DNA of 32,000 nucleotides, from the NCBI GenBank assembly GCA_020160975.1, contig JAIUPJ010000001.1:30001-62000 (forward strand), in the 5' to 3' direction. Of this stretch, positions 14,738 through 23,549 are shown piece after piece. Numbering within the stretch: the stretch's first letter is position 1; the number at the start of each line of letters is the position of its first letter. The notes under the pieces are model-generated. The model saw only the letters and a list, made by a program, of their open reading frames with translations. It was not told the DNA's origin and made no database searches. The translations under genes were made by a program, and so were the position numbers. The DNA is from Candidatus Saccharimonadota bacterium (GTDB taxonomy: Bacteria > Patescibacteriota > Saccharimonadia > Saccharimonadales > Saccharimonadaceae).

Positions 14738-16144
14738 ATGAATTGGCGTACCGTACTCCGCTCACTAAAAAATCGTGACATGCAAAAGCGTTTGGGGATT
14801 GTATTTGGGCTTATCATCGCCTTTCGGTTCTTGGCGCACATTCCGGTGCCGCTAGCCGAGCCAACCAAACTAAAGACAATCATCGACAATGTCATTAACA
14901 GCAGTGACTTTGGTGGGTTTTTAAACCTGATGAGTGGTGGTGCGCTCGGGCAGATGTCGATCGTGCTAGTAGGACTTAGCCCATTTATTACCGCGAGTAT
15001 CATCACGCAGCTCCTGACAAAAGCCATTCCGCGTCTCGAAGAACTTCACAAAGATGGCGAATCGGGCCGACGCAAAATCAACCAGTGGACACGAATTATC
15101 TCTGTGCCGCTCGCCGTCGTACAATCAGTAGCCTTCATCTATATTCTCCGCCAATCAGTCCTCGCTGGTAGCACTGCCGGTACGGTGTCGACAAGTCCGA
15201 TGGAATGGGTAGTGGCCGTGACCGCCATGACCGCTGGCTCGGTACTCTTGATGTGGCTCGGTGAGCTCATTACCGAACAGGGAATCGGTAATGGCATCTC
15301 CCTGGTTATCTTTGCGGGTATTGTCAGCCAATTGCCAACGACATTCCGCACCATGATCAGCTCATTGACAGATACATCGGCTGGTAAACTCAATGTCTTT
15401 AACTGGTTTGAACTGCCAGTCAATCCAACAAGTTTCTGGGTGATTCTGGGCATCATGGCGCTTGGTATCATCATTTTGTATTTCCTGGTAAAGATAAATG
15501 AAGCCCAACGAATTATCACCGTGAACTACGCAAAGCGTGTCGGCGGCAACACCAGCTATGGCGGCATTAAGAGCATCCTGCCGGTCAAGCTCATCGCCGC
15601 AGGAGTGATCCCAATCATCTTCGCGGTGGCGTTCCTTAGCCTGCCTGCTTTTGTCGGCCAAGTAATGAAAGCCATGCCAAATGCTGACCAGTCTCTCGCG
15701 GCAAATCTCATCAAATGGTTCCAGACACCAACCGCTGCGAGCTTTGCAACCAATGACTGGGGTGTTGCGATCTATCCGGTCGCCTACTTCCTGCTGGTGA
15801 TCGCCTTTACGTATTTCTACACCGGCATCGTGTTTAATGCCAATGAGATCGCCGAGAATCTGCAAAAGCAAGGTGGGTTTATCGAAGGCGTTCGGCCAGG
15901 TCTGCAGACAGAGAAATACCTAGCGCAGACAGTCAATAGACTAATCCTCTTCGGCTCAATCGCTCTCGGCTTCATCGCGGTCATGCCATTCATCATCGAC
16001 TATATCTTTGCGCGCATCGGCATCAACGCAGCAAATATATCGATTGGCGGAACAGGACTTCTGATTGTAGTCGCAGTCGGTCTTGAGACGCTGCGTCAGA
16101 TCAACTCCCGCGCCTTGATGGTGACGTATGACGACTACAAGTAG
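14738..16144 (+). CDS. secY: Preprotein translocase subunit SecY
   Basis: 468 aa and polytopic, with SecY-like GISPFITASIITQLL and GELITEQGIGNGISL motifs. Confidence 0.96.
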   Translation: MNWRTVLRSLKNRDMQKRLGIVFGLIIAFRFLAHIPVPLAEPTKLKTIIDNVINSSDFGGFLNLMSGGALGQMSIVLVGLSPFITASIITQLLTKAIPRLEELHKDGESGRRKINQWTRIISVPLAVVQSVAFIYILRQSVLAGSTAGTVSTSPMEWVVAVTAMTAGSVLLMWLGELITEQGIGNGISLVIFAGIVSQLPTTFRTMISSLTDTSAGKLNVFNWFELPVNPTSFWVILGIMALGIIILYFLVKINEAQRIITVNYAKRVGGNTSYGGIKSILPVKLIAAGVIPIIFAVAFLSLPAFVGQVMKAMPNADQSLAANLIKWFQTPTAASFATNDWGVAIYPVAYFLLVIAFTYFYTGIVFNANEIAENLQKQGGFIEGVRPGLQTEKYLAQTVNRLILFGSIALGFIAVMPFIIDYIFARIGINAANISIGGTGLLIVVAVGLETLRQINSRALMVTYDDYK

Positions 16145-16436
16145 CGCTATCGCTCATAGAAACAAAAGCTTACGCAGATAGGACAACCAGCCCCCGTTTT
16201 CCTCGACTGCAACAAAAACATGTTGACCAGCTGCGCGTTTCGTTTAATGGCATCATTGAGCTATACAAGTACCGAGTTGGCCTCTTGTAGCCCGAATCCA
16301 TCTGCTCATTCGCTCCGGACATCAATGCCCAGGGCCTTACATATATTGGACCTTGACGCATGCGATGTTTTCGATACAATAGGATTAATCTGACATAAAA
16401 CACGGAAAAACCATTCGTGATTACCTGTTTTAGCTG

Positions 16437-16465
16437 TTTACTTTTTTACACTGTTACCTTATAAT
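16437..16465 (+). promoter_or_regulatory. Candidate infA promoter
   Basis: TTTACT (16437-16442), 17-nt spacer, TATAAT (16460-16465). Confidence 0.45.
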
Positions 16466-16481
16466 GTTAAGTTGTATATCT

Positions 16482-16706
16482 ATGGCGAGTACCAAAGAAG
16501 TTATTAAGTTGAAAGGTAAGGTGGTGGAAGCACTGCCTAATACTCAATTTAAGGTGGAACTGGAGAACGGCCTGAGTATTATCGCTCACATTAGCGGCAA
16601 GATGCGCAAGCATTATATCCGCTTGGTACCAGGCGATACCGTGGAAGTCGAGTTGACCCCTTACGATCTCACGAAGGGCAGAATCGTTTTTCGCGCACGG
16701 GATTAA
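16482..16706 (+). CDS. infA: Translation initiation factor IF-1
   Basis: Starts [33 protein letters not shown] 16482 is preferred because the tracked ATG 16464 overlaps the -10 box. Confidence 0.93.
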   Translation: MASTKEVIKLKGKVVEALPNTQFKVELENGLSIIAHISGKMRKHYIRLVPGDTVEVELTPYDLTKGRIVFRARD

Positions 16707-16713
16707 TAACAAG

Positions 16714-16744
16714 GAAATATCAATCCGATATCATTTGATATTTC
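16714..16744 (+). other. Perfect 10-bp inverted repeat between infA and rpmJ
   Basis: GAAATATCAA (16714-16723) pairs with TTGATATTTC (16735-16744) across an 11-nt loop. The T-tract is weak, so it could be an attenuator, a processing site or a stabiliser. Confidence 0.4.
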
Positions 16745-16782
16745 TTCTAAACAGGGTTTTTCCTGGAGGAGTTTGTACGCTC

Positions 16783-16899
16783 ATGAAAGTTCGTGCGAGT
16801 GTCAAAAAAATCAGCCCTGATGATCAGCTGGTTCGGCGTAAAGGCCGACTCCGTGTCATCAACAAGAAGAAACCTAAGAATAAGCAGAGACAGGGCTAG
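16783..16899 (+). CDS. rpmJ: 50S ribosomal protein L36, cysteine-free form (unlisted ORF, 38 aa)
   Basis: Hand translation gives [46 protein letters not shown] lies upstream. The usual Zn-ligand positions carry S, D, N and K. Confidence 0.9.
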   Translation: MKVRASVKKISPDDQLVRRKGRLRVINKKKPKNKQRQG

Positions 16900-16928
16900 T
16901 GAATATCATCAGTTCTTACGCGGTTAGC

Positions 16929-17002
16929 GAAAAGAGCAGCCGGTCTCAAGCGATTTATTCGCTTGCACCGCGCGATGAGAAAAACACTGGAGTTTGTCTC
17001 GT
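16929..17002 (+). promoter_or_regulatory. Nested-hairpin RNA element, copy 2 (rpmJ-rpsM gap)
   Basis: Inner hairpin 16947-16953/16959-16965, outer stem 16941-16944/16967-16970, second hairpin 16975-17002. Confidence 0.6.
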
Positions 17003-17026
17003 TAAGAAAGAAAGGCAGGGTTAAGC

Positions 17027-17413
17027 ATGGCTCGAATCTCTGGGGTTGTAATTCCCGCAGAAAAGCAAGTGCAGATCGCTTTGACGTATATCTACGGCAT
17101 CGGTCCTAAGCACTCTCGAGACATCCTTGCGGCGGCAAAAATTGAGCCGACCACTCGGGTGAAAGATCTCACCGAGGCTGAAGAGCAGAAACTTCGTGAA
17201 GTAATCGATCGCGATTACACTACCGAAGGCGATCTGCAACGCCTGGTGACCAACAATATTAAGCGTCTCAAGGACGTCAATGCCTATCGTGGTCTCCGCC
17301 ACAAGGCAGGACTTCCCACTCGCGGACAGCGTACTCGTACGAATGCACGAACTCGTAAGGGTAGGGCTGTTGCCGTCGGTGGCGCACAACCTAAAGCAGC
17401 AAGTAAGACCTAG
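17027..17413 (+). CDS. rpsM: 30S ribosomal protein S13
   Basis: Starts [26 protein letters not shown]. Confidence 0.96.
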   Translation: MARISGVVIPAEKQVQIALTYIYGIGPKHSRDILAAAKIEPTTRVKDLTEAEEQKLREVIDRDYTTEGDLQRLVTNNIKRLKDVNAYRGLRHKAGLPTRGQRTRTNARTRKGRAVAVGGAQPKAASKT

Positions 17414-17429
17414 GAAAGGACTGTAGTAT

Positions 17430-17822
17430 ATGGCAGAAGCAAAAACTTCAACTAAGAAGAAGCAACGTCGATCAGTCCCAACTGGTCAGTTGCACGTTCA
17501 GGCGACATTCAACAACACGATTGTGACATTCGCTGACACAAAGGGAAATGTACTCGCTACCAGTAGCGCTGGTGCGTGTGGATTCCGCGGCAGCAAAAAA
17601 GGCACAGCATACGCTAGCCAAATTGCAGCCGAAAAAGCGGCAGAAGCAGCAAAATCAGGTTATGGGCTTTCGGCCGTTGACGTGTTCGTCAAGGGTGTCG
17701 GACTCGGCCGTGATGCAGCGATTCGCGCACTCGGTAACTTCGACATTACCGTCAACAGTATCAAAGATGTGACCGGTGTCCCTCACGGCGGCACTCGTCC
17801 ACGAAAGGCAAGGAGAGCATAA
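17430..17822 (+). CDS. rpsK: 30S ribosomal protein S11
   Basis: S11 motifs FNNTIVTFAD and GFRGSKKGT. Confidence 0.96.
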   Translation: MAEAKTSTKKKQRRSVPTGQLHVQATFNNTIVTFADTKGNVLATSSAGACGFRGSKKGTAYASQIAAEKAAEAAKSGYGLSAVDVFVKGVGLGRDAAIRALGNFDITVNSIKDVTGVPHGGTRPRKARRA

Positions 17823-18439
17823 TGGCACGAGATACATCTCCAATTGTCAAACAAAGTCGCCGCGAAGGTGTGGCGCTCCATCCAAAAGCATACAAGGTAA
17901 TGGCTCGCAAGAGCGGGATTCCTGGTGAGCACGCTGGCGGTCGACAAGGTAAGCAAAGTCAATACGCCATTCAGCTGCGCGAGAAGCAAAAAGTACGTCG
18001 TATGTACGGCCTGCTCGAAAAGCAATTTGCCAAGCTCATGAATGAGGCGACGCGCAAGCCAGGGCTAAGCGGTGAGAACCTCTTACAGTTTCTAGAGCTC
18101 CGCCTTGACAACGCTGTGTACCGCGCTGGGTTTGCAACCAGTCGACGGGGCGCTCGCCAATTGGTAAGCCATGGTCACTTCATGCTTAACGACCGTCGTG
18201 TTGACATCCCTTCAATCCGTGTCAAAGCGGGTGATGTCATTACTGTGCGTCCAAAGAGCACCAAATCAGGCTATTTCGGTCAGATCAACGACATCCACGG
18301 CAACACCGTTCAAGGCCCGCTCAGCTGGCTCAAAGGTGATGTCAAGACGCTCAAGATCGAAGTGACTGGTCTTCCAAAGCGCGAAGAAGCCGAAGCCGAC
18401 ATTAATGAACAGCTAATTGTTGAGTACTACTCACGATAA
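17822..18439 (+). CDS. rpsD: 30S ribosomal protein S4
   Basis: S4 domain with RLDNAVYRAGFATSRRGARQLVSHGHF. Confidence 0.96.
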   Translation: MARDTSPIVKQSRREGVALHPKAYKVMARKSGIPGEHAGGRQGKQSQYAIQLREKQKVRRMYGLLEKQFAKLMNEATRKPGLSGENLLQFLELRLDNAVYRAGFATSRRGARQLVSHGHFMLNDRRVDIPSIRVKAGDVITVRPKSTKSGYFGQINDIHGNTVQGPLSWLKGDVKTLKIEVTGLPKREEAEADINEQLIVEYYSR

Positions 18440-18461
18440 ATTAAGGGTAAGGAGAAAATAC

Positions 18462-19385
18462 ATGTCTAAAGTAATTCACAACCCAGCACTCGCAAGCGTC
18501 AAAGACACTGGCGACAACGCTGCAAGCTTCGTGATTGAGCCACTCCACGCCGGTTACGGCAATACCCTTGGCAACAGCCTGCGCCGCGTCCTGCTTTCGA
18601 GCGTGCGTGGTGGTGCGATTGTTGCGTTCAAGATCGAGGGTGCAACTCACGAATTCACTACCGTCCCTGGCGTCACTGAAGACGTCGTGGATATCATGCT
18701 CAACCTCAAGGGCGTCAACCTGACCGTCCACAGCGACGAGCCAGTCGAACTGCGACTTGAGAAAAAAGGCGCCGGCGTTGTTACGGCTGCAGATATCAAA
18801 ACAACTGCAGACGTTGAAGTCGTCAACCCTGAGCAAATCATCTGCACAATTGATGACCCGAAGAAGTCTGTTGCTATCGACTTTGTCGTTGAGGCGGGAC
18901 GTGGCTACCAGGACATCGAAACATCAAGCAAAAATCGCGTCCACAGTGACATGATTGCGCTTGACGCGATGTTTAGTCCAGTTACCCGAGTCCGATTCAA
19001 GGTTGATCCAACTCGTGTCGGCCAAGAGACAAACCTTGACAAACTCGAGATCACTGTAGAGACAGACGGCAGCGTCAGCCCACGCGATGCGTTCGAAGAA
19101 GCTGCTGCCATCCTTGTCAACCAGTACAGCGCGCTCGCTGGTAGCACGACTGTCGAGTCTGCGCCTGCACTTGGTACAGGAAAAGATGACGAAAAAAATG
19201 AGCTTGGCACACCGATCGAAGAACTTGGCCTCAGCGCGCGTACTGCAAATGCTCTTGTCAACAATGAGATCCGTACAGTCCATGACCTTGTCACACTGTC
19301 CGAACAAGATCTACGCGAACTCAAAGGATTTGGGTCAAAAGCACTTGATGAAGTCAAAGATAAATTGGCGGAACTGGAGCTCTAA
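18462..19385 (+). CDS. rpoA: DNA-directed RNA polymerase alpha subunit
   Basis: AAGGAG lies before ATG 18462; the tracked start 18417 lies inside rpsD. The C-terminal domain contains LGLSARTANAL. Confidence 0.95.
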   Translation: MSKVIHNPALASVKDTGDNAASFVIEPLHAGYGNTLGNSLRRVLLSSVRGGAIVAFKIEGATHEFTTVPGVTEDVVDIMLNLKGVNLTVHSDEPVELRLEKKGAGVVTAADIKTTADVEVVNPEQIICTIDDPKKSVAIDFVVEAGRGYQDIETSSKNRVHSDMIALDAMFSPVTRVRFKVDPTRVGQETNLDKLEITVETDGSVSPRDAFEEAAAILVNQYSALAGSTTVESAPALGTGKDDEKNELGTPIEELGLSARTANALVNNEIRTVHDLVTLSEQDLRELKGFGSKALDEVKDKLAELEL

Positions 19386-19826
19386 ATGCATCGACACGGA
19401 TATAAAGGACGCAAGTTTGGACGCGAGACCGACCAGCGCCGTGCGCTGATCAAGGGGCTCGCTACCAGCCTTGTCATAGAAGAGCGGATTGAGACCACGT
19501 TGCCAAAGGCAAAAGAACTCACTCGCTACATCGAGAAGCTAATCACAAAAGCGAAGAAGGGCGACCTTGCCAATCGACGCCGCGTGATTGCGGGCTTGAG
19601 TACGCAAGTTGCGGCTATCAAGCTTGTTGATCAAATTGCTCCTCAGCTCGCAGGTCGCACCAGCGGCCACGTCCGCGTGGCTCGTACGCGAATCCGCGTT
19701 GGCGACGGCGCGCAGATGGCAGTCATTGAGTTTGTTGACGAGCTCAAGGATATGCCAAAAGAAGACAAGAAGCCTGCTGCAAAGCCAGCAGCCAAGAAAT
19801 CAGTCGCTAAGAAGGAGGCGAACTAA
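19386..19826 (+). CDS. rplQ: 50S ribosomal protein L17 with K/A/P-rich tail
   Basis: Starts MHRHGYKGRKFGRETDQRRALIKGL. Confidence 0.95.
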   Translation: MHRHGYKGRKFGRETDQRRALIKGLATSLVIEERIETTLPKAKELTRYIEKLITKAKKGDLANRRRVIAGLSTQVAAIKLVDQIAPQLAGRTSGHVRVARTRIRVGDGAQMAVIEFVDELKDMPKEDKKPAAKPAAKKSVAKKEAN

Positions 19827-20257
19827 TGAAGACGTTTTCACAAAAAACCGCCGACATTTCTCGCCGCTGGATTCTCATCGATGCAAAAGATGCCACCCTT
19901 GGCCGTCTCTCAACTGAGATCGCTAAGTATTTGATCGGCAAATACAAGCCAACGTACACCCCGCACATCGACAGCGGCGACTACGTAGTGGTCATCAACG
20001 CAGCTGAAGTTCCAGTGACAGGCGAGAAAGAAACTGACAAGATCTATTATCGACACAGTGGATTTCCCGGCGGCATCAAGGATGCACAGCTCAAAGAAGT
20101 TCGTGAGAAGTTCCCTGAGCGAATTATTGAGAGTGCGGTCAAGGGCATGCTGCCAAAGAACAAGCTCTCGCCAGAGCGTATGGCGCGACTGCGCATTTTC
20201 CCAGGTAGCGAGCACACACATACTGCTCAGACACCAGAAAAGGTTGAGGTAAAATAA
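19826..20257 (+). CDS. rplM: 50S ribosomal protein L13
   Basis: Contains RRWILIDAKDATLGRL. Confidence 0.95.
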   Translation: MKTFSQKTADISRRWILIDAKDATLGRLSTEIAKYLIGKYKPTYTPHIDSGDYVVVINAAEVPVTGEKETDKIYYRHSGFPGGIKDAQLKEVREKFPERIIESAVKGMLPKNKLSPERMARLRIFPGSEHTHTAQTPEKVEVK

Positions 20258-20258
20258 T

Positions 20259-20663
20259 ATGGCTACAGCAAATAAAACCTACGACTACGGTCTCGGTCGT
20301 CGCAAAAGTGCGACCGCTACCGCCCGACTTGTCAAAGGCAAGGGCGCAATTGTCATCAATGGCAAGCCTGCGTCTGAATACCTATCTGACAATAAAGCAA
20401 TGCTCGCCGAAATCACCGACCCACTTGCCCTGGTTGGCAAGCAGGCCGAATTCGACGTAAGTATTCTTGTCAAAGGCGGCGGTCTCAGCGGCCAAGTAGA
20501 CGCAATCAAGATGGCGATTGCCAAGGCAATTACCGTTGGTGCACCTGACCTACGCAGTCCACTGAAAAAAGCCGAACTTTTGCGTCGCGATCCTCGCGAG
20601 AAAGAGCGCAAGAAGTACGGCCTACGCAGTGCCCGCAAGCGCGAACAGTACTCGAAACGCTAG
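20259..20663 (+). CDS. rpsI: 30S ribosomal protein S9
   Basis: Contains GLGRRKSATA and ends with the basic tail KREQYSKR. Confidence 0.95.
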   Translation: MATANKTYDYGLGRRKSATATARLVKGKGAIVINGKPASEYLSDNKAMLAEITDPLALVGKQAEFDVSILVKGGGLSGQVDAIKMAIAKAITVGAPDLRSPLKKAELLRRDPREKERKKYGLRSARKREQYSKR

Positions 20664-20681
20664 TTCGCTTCAACAGATACG

Positions 20682-20720
20682 ATTATATACGGCACCTCTT
20701 CTGCAGGTGCCGTATATAAT
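20682..20720 (+). terminator. 16-bp perfect hairpin ending the r-protein cluster
   Basis: ATTATATACGGCACCT pairs with AGGTGCCGTATATAAT across a 7-nt loop. The U-tract is weak. Confidence 0.5.
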
Positions 20721-20764
20721 TGGTCGTGCTTGCATGTTCTTGGCCGACAGTGCATGATACAAGC

Positions 20765-21289
20765 ATGTCCAGCACTCGTGAGTATACCACCGAGACAATC
20801 GCAGCCACATTAGAGCGCATTGACCCCGAGCGGTCATTTATCTATATGGGTTCAGCGGCACTCGTCATGCAGCTGTTTACAGACGGACAAGTGCTACCGA
20901 AGCCGTTTCACGATCTAGATATTGACGCACTTGCCCCAAGAGAAATCGTGGATAACTATACCAAGGATGGACACTTAAATCCTCATATAACTTACCATTC
21001 CCACACTATGTATGCCGAAGACCCATTAACCCCTACTGTTCAGCTATTCGAAGGTATCGATGATGAGTACTTTTTCATAAACTATATTTCGGCTTCGCTC
21101 GAAAAGCTCTCAACACTTCCGAGTGGCCATCGTGCACTGACAGTTGAGGAGATAATACACCAAAAGCTTCAGCTCGGTCGTCCCAGAGATATCGCACAGA
21201 TCGCTTGTGTTCTCACGCTTATGCCCTCACGTATCGGCAACAGTAGCGAAGTATTGACGCGACTCCGTTCGCTCACAGCGAAATCTTGA
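20765..21289 (+). CDS. Hypothetical protein, possible Pol-beta-superfamily nucleotidyltransferase fold
   Basis: GS...DLDID spacing and a C-terminal RPRDIAQI motif are reminiscent of AbiEii/DUF1814-like nucleotidyltransferases. The resemblance is weak and by eye only. Start uncertain (TTG 20720 or ATG 20765). Confidence 0.35.
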   Translation: MSSTREYTTETIAATLERIDPERSFIYMGSAALVMQLFTDGQVLPKPFHDLDIDALAPREIVDNYTKDGHLNPHITYHSHTMYAEDPLTPTVQLFEGIDDEYFFINYISASLEKLSTLPSGHRALTVEEIIHQKLQLGRPRDIAQIACVLTLMPSRIGNSSEVLTRLRSLTAKS

Positions 21290-21320
21290 GAGTACAGAGT
21301 CTCTAGGTTAGATAAACTAC

Positions 21321-21329
21321 TGGTATAAT
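21321..21329 (+). promoter_or_regulatory. Extended -10 box (TGgTATAAT) 9 nt upstream of the trpS ATG
   Basis: No convincing -35 box and no SD, so the trpS mRNA may be near-leaderless. Confidence 0.4.
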
Positions 21330-21338
21330 AGAAGAGTT

Positions 21339-22370
21339 ATGAGCAAACCTGTTATTCTCACTGGCATTCGAGCCAACAACGATCTGCATATCGGCAATTA
21401 CTTTGGTGCTATGCTGCCGATGATTGACATGGCGAAGCGTCGTTCAGATGAATACGATATACATATGTTCATCCCCGACCTCCACAGCTTCACTGCGCCG
21501 ATTGATCACAGTCAACTACAGGCCAGCATCATGAACAACGCGCGCGTTTATGTGGCGGCAGGATTACCGCTCGACAACCCTTCGATCCACCTGTACCGTC
21601 AGAGCTACGTACCGGCACATAGTGAGTTGACCGTGCTGCTCAACAACTTCGTCGGCATGGGTGAGATGGAACGCATGACACAGTACAAGGACAAGTCTGC
21701 CAGGCTTTCAAACGACCGTGTCAGCGTCGGACTATTTGACTATCCTGTCCTGATGGCCAGCGATATCTTGCTCTACAACGCCAAGTACATTCCTGTTGGT
21801 GACGACCAGACACAGCACCTCGAAATTACGCGGGATATCGCTGAGCGCATGAATGGCCGTTTTGGTGAGCTGTTTACTGTGCCGGAGCCTGTCGCAAAAC
21901 AACACGAGTTTTTCGGCAAGGAGCAGGGGCTCCGCATCAAAGACCTTGCCGACCCGAGCAAGAAAATGAGCAAAAGTGATGAAACTGGCAAAGGCGTCAT
22001 TTTCCTCAGTGATTCGCCCGACGAAGCCCGCAAAAAAATCATGAGCGCCACCACAGATGACAAAGCGAGCGTGAACTATGATAAAGAGAATCAGCCAGGT
22101 ATCAGTAACATCATCGATATCCTCGCGCTCCTTCGTGGTGTCACACCTGCAGAAGTTGCCGCTGAATATCAAGGCATGGATCGCTATGGTGATTTCAAAA
22201 AAATCGTTGCAGATGAAATGGCGCAGTTCTTGACCGATTTCCAATCGCGCCTGGCATCCCTCAATGATGCCGCTATCCTTACGAAGCTTGAAGAAAGCGA
22301 GCGGGCAATGAATGAAGTGGCAAATACTACTTTGCGCCGTGTCCAAAAAGCCATTGGGCTGAGGAGCTAG
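21339..22370 (+). CDS. trpS: Tryptophanyl-tRNA synthetase
   Basis: Class I motifs HIGN (a HIGH variant) and KMSKS. At 343 aa, the size and GIRANNDLHIGNYFG fit TrpRS. Confidence 0.9.
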   Translation: MSKPVILTGIRANNDLHIGNYFGAMLPMIDMAKRRSDEYDIHMFIPDLHSFTAPIDHSQLQASIMNNARVYVAAGLPLDNPSIHLYRQSYVPAHSELTVLLNNFVGMGEMERMTQYKDKSARLSNDRVSVGLFDYPVLMASDILLYNAKYIPVGDDQTQHLEITRDIAERMNGRFGELFTVPEPVAKQHEFFGKEQGLRIKDLADPSKKMSKSDETGKGVIFLSDSPDEARKKIMSATTDDKASVNYDKENQPGISNIIDILALLRGVTPAEVAAEYQGMDRYGDFKKIVADEMAQFLTDFQSRLASLNDAAILTKLEESERAMNEVANTTLRRVQKAIGLRS

Positions 22371-23549
22371 ATGAAAGTTACCACAAGCGACCTTTTGGCT
22401 ATTTTGCGGCGATTTGGTGAAGCGGATGATTCACATGTGCCTCGGTTGATCGACCAGGTTATACAGTCGCACCCGAGCTCGACAAATCAGCTCATAAAAT
22501 TTCGCTTCAACCGCCATCATTACTTTGTGCTGTTCGACGAATCTGCAGAGGATAATGCACGCTACATCCTAGGGCAAATTCAGCAAGAAAAAAGCGATGC
22601 GGCAGGGGAACTATTGCTCAATCCCACCACGCATATCGAGACACACGGTCTACCATTCAAGGGAAAAGACGCCTATCTTTTCAAGCTGAACGACGGCAAA
22701 CGTCGCCTCGACGTCTATCTCGCCGAGCACTACCCGGCCATCAACCGCAGCACTTGGCAAAAATATATCAAAGCCGGCTACATAAAAGTCAACGATCAAG
22801 CCATCACAAAAGGATCTCACGAAGTGAGTGCCGCTGATCGCATCGCGACTAGCATCCCCGAGGGTACTGATCACTCAGCTAAAGAACTGCCAATTATATA
22901 TCTTGATGACGATGTGATTGTCGTCAACAAACCCGCCGGCATATTAACACATAGCAAAGGTGCGATGAATGATGAATTTACCGTTGCGGACTTTTTCCGA
23001 CGCTACACGACCGTCGGGCTCGAAACCAATCGCCCTGGAGTAGTCCACCGACTCGACCGCGACACCAGTGGTGTAATTATCGGTGCGCGCACACCAGAGA
23101 GTTTTGATCGTCTGAAACAGCAGTTCTCCGAACGTAAAGCCAAGAAGACCTATCTGGCTGTCGTTGTCGGCCAGCCAAAAGAGCCTCGCGCCACCGTCGA
23201 TGTGCCGATTGCTCGGCACCCCTCTGCGCCCAGTACGTTCCGCGCTGATTCAAAAGGCAAAGAGGCAATTACTGAGTATCTTACGCTCGCCACCAATGGC
23301 AAGCAATCACTGCTCGCTCTCCAGCCTCACACCGGTCGCACGCACCAGCTGCGCGTTCACCTGGCACACCTTGGCACTCCCATCATTGGCGACAGGGTCT
23401 ACGGCAAAGCAGGAGGGAGACTGCTACTGCATGCGTATCGACTTGAAGTAACGACCATTCCTGAGCAGCGTCATACCTTCACAGCACCGATCCCCGCGGA
23501 ATTCACCGCCCAATTCCCAGAGGCAACGCATGACATCGCTCATCTTTAG
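22371..23549 (+). CDS. RluA-family (RluD-like) pseudouridine synthase with S4 domain and an unrecognised N-terminal extension of about 105 aa
   Basis: Catalytic HRLDRDTSG motif. An S4-like segment (RLDVYLAEHY...IKVNDQ) lies upstream of it. Confidence 0.85.
   Translation: MKVTTSDLLAILRRFGEADDSHVPRLIDQVIQSHPSSTNQLIKFRFNRHHYFVLFDESAEDNARYILGQIQQEKSDAAGELLLNPTTHIETHGLPFKGKDAYLFKLNDGKRRLDVYLAEHYPAINRSTWQKYIKAGYIKVNDQAITKGSHEVSAADRIATSIPEGTDHSAKELPIIYLDDDVIVVNKPAGILTHSKGAMNDEFTVADFFRRYTTVGLETNRPGVVHRLDRDTSGVIIGARTPESFDRLKQQFSERKAKKTYLAVVVGQPKEPRATVDVPIARHPSAPSTFRADSKGKEAITEYLTLATNGKQSLLALQPHTGRTHQLRVHLAHLGTPIIGDRVYGKAGGRLLLHAYRLEVTTIPEQRHTFTAPIPAEFTAQFPEATHDIAHL

Noticed and set aside
16170-16403. 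77-aa minus-strand ORF in the secY-infA spacer
   Set aside because: It has no SD, an implausible composition and no promoter context. The spacer is reported instead as a low-interest finding.
21732-22346. 204-aa minus-strand ORF inside trpS
   Set aside because: It is antisense to a gene carrying HIGN and KMSKS motifs, so it is a shadow ORF.
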